Shown here in pieces: positions 13,000 to 20,000 of a DNA stretch of 20,000 bases. Origin of the DNA: Spongospora subterranea f. sp. subterranea. Taxonomy: Eukaryota. Location of the stretch: positions 55,434 to 75,433 of the forward strand of contig JAUGWO010000149.1 in assembly GCA_049724395.1 (NCBI GenBank). Direction: 5' to 3'. Below the pieces are notes generated by a model. The model saw only the letters and a list, made by a program, of their open reading frames with translations. It searched no databases and was not told where the DNA came from. A program made the position numbers and the translations under genes. How positions within the stretch are numbered: the first letter of the stretch is position 1; every line of letters begins with the position of its first letter.

Positions 13000-13679
13000 A
13001 TTGTTCTTCCAATGCATCATGATTAAGAACTATGACAAAACCCTGATCATACGAACTGGCTACAACTGTATTTAAACAAATGCGTAAATGACCAAGTCTG
13101 TATGTGACTAACATGCAGAGCACGAGCAGAAACATTAAACTGACTGGTCATGATGGCAGTCACGACTGTTCGTAACGTCGGCGTAATGTGTTACTACTAA
13201 AAAGACGTGAAATTTTTGCTTGCGTAAATGAATATCACCAATGTAAACCCAAACAGTCATCCATACAACCCATCAACTTAATCGCTGTATTATCGAACAA
13301 TTGTATTGGCACGTGGGGGCCCTCGTCAACTGGATCAGCGGCTCTGTGGTCGATCACCAAAGACGTGAGATCTTATCAGTCAATTTCATTTAGTGGAGCC
13401 AGATTTGTGACTTCTTGATCAGCCTCGGACGCGTTTAAAAATGTCAATAGCGTTTATTTCAAACAAAGTTGTTTCATGGTGGTAACTGTCGGCTGGTCAG
13501 CACATACAATATGGCTTACACACATTACAGTGGTAAATTTATTCCAATGTGCTGATTACCGTCCGGGTAAAATATCTACCGGACCACAAGTAAAGTGCGC
13601 CCATGACAACCGTCAGACCAACAGCGAGGAAACGGAACGCTTTTGAGCGCGGGTGTTACAGTACCGGTGTGTACCGGTG

Positions 13680-14136
13680 GCATTTGGAGTTGGACAAACC
13701 TTGTGCACGTTTCGGGCAACTGGGTCCGATCACAATATTGTATTACACCAGTTGTTGAACTATGGAGTATGTATAAGGTGACCCATCATCACCGGAACAG
13801 TCTGGGAACCTATAAAGTGTACAATGAACAACACTGCAGCATATTTGGGTTTTCGATCTGGTCACCTCGTCGATTGTTTGTTTTCAATGGTTCCCGAAGA
13901 GATTCATCACTATGGAGAACTTGTTCCGCTGTCGAACCTTGAGCAGTTCAAATTTCCAATCGAGTTGCCGGTAAGCTCCCAGTACAAATTTGAGGGGTTA
14001 CTTTGTTTTATCCATTTACGATTAAATTTGGCGCCGAATTTCGCGGTTGATAAATTTAAGGACTGCAACTGGTTATCAATGAAACTTGACCCAAACAAAG
14101 GAAAGTCGATCAATATTAGAACGTATTCTTTCAAGC
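13680..14136 (+). repeat. Left arm of the MULE inverted repeat (upstream region plus about the first 100 transposase codons)
   Basis: 13814-14136 aligns by eye to the reverse complement of 15937-16294 (MNNTAAYLGFRSGHLVDCLFSMVPEE vs MNNPAAYSRFRSGHLVECLFSMVPKK). 13680-13724 aligns to 16331-16367. Confidence 0.9.
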
Positions 14137-15830
14137 AAGGTTTCATTTGTTCAACATGAGGATTCCTATGCTGCAGACCCAGAACTTCGCTCAAATAACC
14201 ATGGACAGCAACGAAGAGTCAAATGCATTGATTTTACAAAATGCACATACGAAAACTTACGTTAAAGTCCAGGAGAACGTATCAACTTCTGGGTCATTTC
14301 CCATTATTCGTGCGATTGTATCACAACCATAACCATCATCATTTTTCTGCACGATCTTCATCGCATTACAAAATATCTGAGGCCGTTAAGACAGAGTTCC
14401 AACAGATGTTCAAACATGGAATAGGAGTCGATGAGCCGTATAAAACGTATCGTCAAGCAATTCGTAATCAGTTCATTGAGGGTACAGTATTCTCAAATTC
14501 GGCGACCGCGGACCGCGGTATTGATTTAATATCAGCTGATTCTTCGATTTGTCCTACTAAAAGACAGGTCAAATACGTATTCGCCAAATTCAACGAGCAG
14601 GAATCGGAGCGCAAAATGACGATTTTATGTGGGATTTCGTTGAACAATTCACTACGAACTATAACACTAAATACCTAGATCAAGGCAACCGAATTGCTTC
14701 CAAGAGACCGGTCAACAATGGGGCAGATTTCGAAATCTATATCAACACCAGTCGTGACCCGAACGCGTCAAGGTTTTCCCAAGGAGTCTGAGAATGCCTT
14801 CGTTGATTCGACTGGCAGTGTCGATAGAAACGATTTGGTAGTTTCAATCTTTGTGGTGGCTACTTGTGTTGGTGCCTTACCGATTGGTGTAACTGTCGCG
14901 GGTTCAAAATCTGAGGCCACATTTACATCGGTTTACAGGCTTCTGAAACAGCTTACTGAATATGTGGATATTACATCTGCGTTGAATCCAAATTTGGCCA
15001 TGACGGACCACGACGTAGGAATTCGAGACTCTTTAAGAAATGTCTGGCCTCACATAACCTTGCTGTTGTGCCTGTTTCATGTTTTACAAGCTGTCTGGAG
15101 GTATTTATTTTTCAAAGAGAGTGGTATAGAAAAACATATTCGTCCACAATTTTTGCGAAAGTTAAGACTTGTGTTTATGCGGATAATTCGCAGCAAATGC
15201 TTGCGAAGGCAGCAGTTTTTGGCAGGCCGATGATGACAAGCCAATCTGAGAAGTATTTCTCTGATACTAAAAAATGCTCCAGAGATTGGATACGATGCCC
15301 CCGATTACTTCTTATCACTAGAGGTCACAACACAAATAACAACTGCGAGGTATCTGTTCGGCTTTTTCAAAAAGCTGTTCTGAATCGAGCGAGAGCGCGC
15401 TAATTGGGCCAGTTGCAGCGGATGCTATCTGAGGATCTCGACTCCTACTATTCATACTCTATTCATCACGACTACTGGACTTTTCTGCTTCACGGAAGAA
15501 TGTTTCCTATCTTTATCAGTTCAAATCAGTCTCTGCATATCGAAAATCCAAGGATATTCCACAAGTTTCGTTCACGAAGGTCGACGACCATCATCAATAC
15601 CAAATCAGAGTCAGGCATAATCTATGAGCTAGATATGGAGGCGCAAGTTCGGTTTCTGTGAGCAAGGTATTGGTGGAAGAGTGTGTAAACATTTGATCGC
15701 TTGTTCTAGACATTTTTGTATTGTTTTAATTTGTTCTCTTCCACCTGAAGATACCCATTCACGACAAATGCTTGCCAAGGTTGCCCTTGGCTCGTCAGAA
15801 CCGCTTTTTTTTACTGTCGTCGATTTTTTG
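13824..15830 (+). pseudogene. MULE-family DDE transposase with SWIM zinc finger, disrupted by several frameshifts and stops
   Basis: Fragments in different frames carry HNHNH (WRKY/FAR1-like), FVDSTGSVDR (first D), GALPIGV, MTDHD (second D), LLCLFHVLQAVWRYL (CxxH), RGHNTNNNCE (TNNxxE), and a SWIM remnant (C-E-Q-G-I-G-G-R-V-C-K-H) near 15655-15695. Confidence 0.85.
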
Positions 15831-15936
15831 TAATCAATGGTCCTAGAGGAGTCAATATAGGTTTGAAAGTTTCACTTTTCACGATGGAATCTGGCGCCCA
15901 ATTCCAAGCTACCTCAGCAGTGTTTTCGAAACAATA

Positions 15937-16367
15937 GCTTAAAAGAATACGTTCTAGTATTGATCGACTTTCATTTGTTTGGGTCAAGTTTCATTGATAA
16001 CCAGTTGCAGTCCTTGAGTTTATCAAACCATGCGATTGTTTCGGCTTCGCTGCCGAACGCGAAAATTGGCGCCAAATTTAATCGTAAATGGACAAAACAA
16101 ACAGAGTAAACCTCAGAAATTTGTACTGGAAGCTCACCGGCAACTCGATTGGAAATTTGACCTGCTCAAGGTTCGGCAACGAAACAAGTTCTCCATAGTG
16201 ATGAGTCTTTTTGGGAACCATTGAAAACAAACATTCGACGAGGTGACCAGATCGAAAACGCGAATATGCTGCAGGGTTGTTCATTGTACACTTTGCAGTC
16301 AGAGTATATACACTAATGTATATACAGGTTCCCAGTTGCCCCTACAGTACAAGGTTTGTCCAAATGC
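15937..16367 (-). repeat. Right arm of the MULE inverted repeat (frameshifted copy of the transposase 5' end)
   Basis: ORF 16078-16284(-) is a paralogue of ORF 13824-14159(+). It retains a segment of about 30 bp (FGSEAETIAW) that is missing from the left arm. Confidence 0.9.
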
Positions 16368-16507
16368 GAATCGGGTCCGAGCTGGTTGTTCCAAAGTCCG
16401 TTCCGGCATGTCCAAATACGCACAAATGGATTGCCTTGCCAGGCACGGAATTTGAATATGTCTGTTACAATTGTCGTCAGTGGCATACGATACCTTCTGA
16501 TGCCTCT

Positions 16508-16711
16508 TGTCATGATCCAGTTCACGCAACTTCTACTTTTATTACGGTCGTTGCAGAACTACCTATGCCGAGCACGAGTCGAGCACGAGTCGAGCCTAAA
16601 TAACTGTACTGTCCAACCAAATAAACATTCTCGAATCTAATCTGCTCTTGATACGCTTGTTCGCCTGCATTCGTAGACTAGCTCCCAGCTCCGGCTGTTC
16701 AAGGTCTTACA
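16508..16711 (+). repeat. 5' LTR (204 bp, TG...CA)
   Basis: Starts TGTCATG and ends CTTACA. The same TGTCATG start follows the PPT in the inverted copy at 16867. It has a TATA-like TAAATAA at 16597-16603, AATAAA at 16620-16625, and an internal 11-bp tandem (CGAGCACGAGT)x2. Confidence 0.85.
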
Positions 16712-16712
16712 C

Positions 16713-16725
16713 TAGATTCGAGAAT
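16713..16725 (+). promoter_or_regulatory. Putative self-priming primer-binding site (TAGATTCGAGAAT)
   Basis: Lies 1 nt after the LTR end and lacks the TGG of a tRNA PBS. It is the exact reverse complement of LTR 16627-16639. Its core ATTCGAGAAT recurs at 17345-17354, directly ahead of the gag leader. Confidence 0.7.
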
Positions 16726-16867
16726 GTTTATTTGGTTTGGTTGACAGTACAGTTATTTAGGCTCGACTCGTGCTCGGCATAGGTAGTTCTGCAACGACCG
16801 TAATAAAAGTAGAAGTTGCCTGAACTGGATCATGAAAAGTAGAAGTTGCCTGAACTGGATCATGACA
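16726..16867 (-). repeat. Inverted partial LTR (U3 portion of a 3' LTR) with a 30-bp tandem duplication
   Basis: Reverse complement of 16508-16626 with a substitution and indels. It contains a perfect 30-bp tandem at 16805-16834 / 16835-16864. Confidence 0.9.
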
Positions 16868-17345
16868 TTACTCCCCTTCGAGACGAGCGGATTCCAGACG
16901 CCAGAGATTGCGTAAAAGCCGGGCCAGGAAGATCGGGATGAGATTTGTGGAACTCGGCGACGAGTCGTGGAACATCCTGAGCAATAATCTCGGCGGGCTC
17001 CCAAGAGCGATCGGCAGGAGAGTAACCTTTCCAGTCAATTAGATACTGGAGCCGGGACCGGTAATAACGAGAGTCCAGGATCAGATTAACCAGGTAGTGC
17101 GGGGTCAATGAAGGATCATCGGCGGCGAAAACTGGATGAGGAGGGCCTTGGACGCGATGAGGAATCGTATTAACATTGTGGGGAGAGAGCAAGGAGACGT
17201 GGAACACGGGATGGATCTTCATAGACGCTGGAAGATCGAGTTCAACAGTGACAGGGCCAAGAACACGTTTGATAACAAAAGGGCCAATCCTACGAGCAGA
17301 GAGTTTAGGGCATGGTCGTGCTGAGGGAATGTTGGAAGTAGATAA
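16860..17345 (-). pseudogene. Inverted pol C-terminal fragment: integrase GPY/F region plus chromodomain
   Basis: LSTSNIPSARPCPKLSARRIGPFVIKRVLGPVTVELDLPASMKIHPVFHVSLL (GPY/F motif), then YLVNLILDSRYYRSRLQYLIDWKGYSPADRSWEP (chromodomain). It is 5'-truncated at about 17345. Confidence 0.92.
16868..16879 (-). promoter_or_regulatory. Polypurine tract (GAAGGGGAGTAA) upstream of the inverted 3' LTR
   Basis: Purine run immediately preceding TGTCATG on the minus strand, at the end of the chromodomain ORF. Confidence 0.85.
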
Positions 17346-17416
17346 TTCGAGAATCATTTTCCCTAGGCGCACCCGAACAAGCTCAACCTCGGACCCGTTA
17401 ACAGTTGCTCGTGATC

Positions 17417-18353
17417 ATGGCTGCTAACAACTTCGACCCAACTAACCCTGAACACGTCAGAAATGCCATGCATGAACTTCATGCCTCGGTGCGATCGCTT
17501 TCAGAATCCAACCAGCGTTTGACTGACCAGAACGCTGAGCTGTCGCGCAAAGTCACTGCTCTCTCCGAAAGTAATCATGATCAAAGTTCAGTGACGGTTC
17601 CTCGAGCCGCTCCGAAGCTCCCGCTCCCCGAGAAATATGATGGCAAACGCTACCAGTTTCGCCAATTCCTCAACAGCGTCAAGCTCCACTTCAGCGTCTC
17701 CCCTCACCGCTTCCCGAACGATGCCTGCAAGACTGGATTCATCGCCTCCCTGCTTCGTGGCGCTGCACTAGACTGGATCACTCCCCTCCTAGAGCAGCAA
17801 GACCCCATGATGTCTTCCTGGCAGCGTTTCGAAACCAAGTTTAAGGACATGTTTGACGACCCTCATCGAGCCAAGACTGCGGTCAACAAACTCACCCAAC
17901 TTCGTCAAGGTCGTCGTGCTGTCGTAGCGTATGCTGCTGAATTCCGCCGTATCGTCATGGATGCCGATTTCGACAACAATGCGCAAGTCTACTGGTTTCG
18001 TGCCGGTCTTTCGGATGGAATCCTGGATGAGCTCACGCATACTGTCGCCGAAGCAGACCTGGATAAGTTCATCGGCCAATGTGTTCTGATTGACACTCGC
18101 CTCCGTGAACGCGATGTCGAGCGCAAACGACGATTTATCCCGATGGCATCCCCTGCTAGTACCATCCTCTGTTGCCGATCCAATGGTCATCGACACGTTA
18201 CAGACTAAGCCTCCCCGTGGCCCTCTGTCTCCCGAAGAACGGAAGCGACGCATCGAGAAGGATCTGTGCCTTGACTGCGGCCAATCAGGGCATCGTAAAG
18301 CCACCTGCCCTTTGAAGTCGGGAAATGGACAGGCCCGTCAGCGTCGCAGTTGA
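17417..18353 (+). CDS. gag: Gag (PEG10/Rtl1-like retrotransposon gag with CCHC zinc knuckle), one frameshift near 18140-18165
   Basis: [38 protein letters not shown] and FRAGLSDGI in ORF 17405-18208. DPMVID and [14 protein letters not shown] (CX2CX4HX4C, 18267-18308) are in the shifted frame 18090-18353. Confidence 0.9.
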
Positions 18354-18358
18354 CGGGC
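18320..18358 (+). promoter_or_regulatory. -1 programmed ribosomal frameshift signal between gag and pol
   Basis: Slippery heptamer G GGA AAT (18320-18326) in gag phase, a 6-nt spacer, and a stem GCCCGTCA (18333-18340) / TGACGGGC (18351-18358). The -1 frame is open and continuous with the pol ORF 18350-19648. Confidence 0.85.
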
Positions 18359-20000
18359 GAACCTTCTGTTGATAAGTGCTCTTTGTTCTTTTATTTGTCC
18401 TATCTGTTCCTTGTGTTCTGGTTCTGCTCATGCCCTTGCATCAATTGCTATCTGTCCTATGTTTCCTGTTTGTCTACTTTAAGTCCCCTGTGCTCCCACG
18501 TTCGCGATTCTAGCGCCTCCGTTTCCGCTCCCGTCTCCATGGCGAGATGTTGCGTACCCGCCCCTGATTCCAAGATTTTCGCTGAGGTTGCGTCTCCTCA
18601 GTCCCCGTGCTTAAGGACCAACCTTCTGATCAAGAAGCAAGTTGCTACCGCTTTGATCGACTCTGGCGCTTCTTCGTGTTTTATGGATCGCGAATTCGCC
18701 GAAACGCGCGGTATCAACCTCCAGCAGCTCCCGTCCCCTGTTCCCGTAACCATCATCGACGGCTCCGGCCTCAAAGATGGCGCCGTCACCCATTGTACTG
18801 TCCCTGTCGAGATCAAGACTATCCTCGGTTCCGAAACCATCACCTTCTATGTCATCAATGTCAAACATCAAGAAATCGTGCTTGGCGCCCCCTGGCTAGC
18901 AAAACACAATCCCGTTATCGATTGGCGTCATGGTCGCATTGTGCGGCCGCCTACTCAAACGCCCGAGCAACTATTCACTACTGATTCCGCCCCTCCAAAC
19001 CCTCTCCCATTCCAGTATCAAGACTTCGCTGACGTTTTTAACAAGGCTGTTCTCGACAAGCTCCCGCCCCACCGCCAATATGACTGTGCCATCGACCTGG
19101 AGCCCGGCAAGCAGCCCCCGTTCGGCCCCATCTACTCATTGAGCGAACCCGAAGCTGCTGCTCTTCGTGAATTTCTAGACGAGAATCGACGCAAAAGCTT
19201 CATCACTGAATCATCGTCTCCTGCCGGTGCCCCTGTCTTGTTCGTCAAGAAAAAGGATGGAAGCCTTCGCCTGTGTGTCGATTATCGTGCCCTGAACGCG
19301 ATCACTATCCGGAACCGCTACCCGCTCCCGCTTATCAACCAGCTCCTCGATCGCCTTCGTTCTGCCAAGATTTTCACACGAATCGACCTTCGTTCGGCGT
19401 ATTATCTACTTCGAGTCAGAAAAGGTGACGAATGGAAAACGGCTTTTAGAACCCCTTTTGGACATTTCCAGTTTAATGTCATGCCTTTTGGTTTAACTAA
19501 CGCTCCTGCAACTTTTCAACATTTTTTGAATGATATATTTCGCCCCTTTCTTGAACGTTTCGTGATTATATATCTTGATGATATTTTGGTGTTCTCGTCC
19601 TACATTTCTCTGATCACGAAGACCATGTTCGTCGGAAATTTTACGTGAACACAAGCTTTGTGCTAAGATTGAAAAATGTGCCTTTTCCACCCCCTCAACC
19701 GAATTTTTGGGGTTCTCTGTTTCATCTTCTGGAATTGCTATTATCCTTTAAAATCAATGCTATCACTGACTGGCCTTCTCCCGCATAAATGTTAAGCTGT
19801 CCAGTCGTTCATTGGTTTCGCAAATTTCTACCGTTGTTTTATTCACAATTTTGCTGCTATCGTCCGACCTCTGATTCGGTTAACTCGCAAAAACACTGCT
19901 TTCACTTGGTCTTCTGTTCAGGAACAATCATTCCAGACGCTGAAGGAAGCGTTCACTTCCGCCCCAATCCTTGTTCATGCTGACCCCACCAAACCTTTCA
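18320..20000 (+). pseudogene. pol: Pol (aspartic protease, reverse transcriptase, start of RNase H region), frameshifted after about 19600
   Basis: Motifs [11 protein letters not shown] (protease), [39 protein letters not shown] and [10 protein letters not shown]. Downstream fragments (KCAFSTPSTEFLGF, FIGFANFYR, FQTLKEAFTSAPILVHADPTKPF) lie in shifting frames. Confidence 0.92.

Larger units (their letters stand above)
13680..16367 (+). mobile_element. Degenerate Mutator-like DNA transposon (MULE) bounded by long inverted repeats; exact termini and TSD not identified
   Basis: Contains a fragmented MULE/SWIM transposase. 13680-14136 and 15937-16367 are diverged inverted copies of each other. 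Confidence 0.75.
16508..20000 (+). mobile_element. Ty3/Gypsy chromovirus LTR retrotransposon (Tf1/sushi-like), rearranged and degenerate, extending past the window end
   Basis: 5' LTR, PBS, leader, gag with CCHC knuckle, -1 frameshift site, protease, RT and the start of the RNase H region occur in canonical order. Confidence 0.92.

Noticed and set aside
16277..16640. Cys-containing ORFs (e.g. YVCYNCRQWH) spanning the MULE arm and LTR
   Set aside because: They cross the boundaries of two unrelated repeats and are most likely chance ORFs.
16503..16716. Solo LTR with target-site duplication
   Set aside because: The flanks CCTCT and CTAGA do not match, and the right flank is better explained as the PBS.
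16805..16864. 30-bp direct repeat considered as a CRISPR-like array
   Set aside because: Only two adjacent copies with no spacer, inside an LTR in eukaryotic DNA. It is a simple tandem duplication.
16508..16867. LTR palindrome considered as a MITE or as DIRS-type inverted terminal repeats
   Set aside because: The arms have TG start, PPT, and chromodomain-integrase context typical of Gypsy LTRs. No tyrosine recombinase or TSD is evident.
17789..18304. 171-aa antisense ORF over gag, and similar antisense or alternate-frame ORFs over the DENN, LRR and pol regions
   Set aside because: Expected shadows of GC-rich codon usage on the coding strand, with no motifs of their own.

Overview
Compact eukaryotic genomic DNA with many short (about 50-100 nt) GT-AG introns. 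It looks like a protist or fungus-like microbial eukaryote, but the taxon cannot be determined from this window. The left 13 kb is gene-dense: the 3' part of a DENN-domain Rab GEF (+), a TTC38-like TPR protein (+), an SGTA/Sgt2 co-chaperone (-), a leucine-rich-repeat protein (-) and a mitochondrial glycine C-acetyltransferase (GCAT/KBL, -, with one apparent frameshift). The right 7 kb is a transposon block. It holds a degenerate Mutator-like (MULE/SWIM) transposase whose 5' end is duplicated in inverted orientation, followed by a Ty3/Gypsy chromovirus. The most unusual structure is in the chromovirus. Its PBS is complementary to its own LTR R region (Tf1-type self-priming). About 620 bp of the 3' end of a different copy (U3, PPT, chromodomain, integrase tail) is inserted antisense exactly at the PBS, with the PBS core duplicated on both sides. 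The element also has a typical -1 frameshift signal between gag and pol. All alignments and splice models were done by eye.
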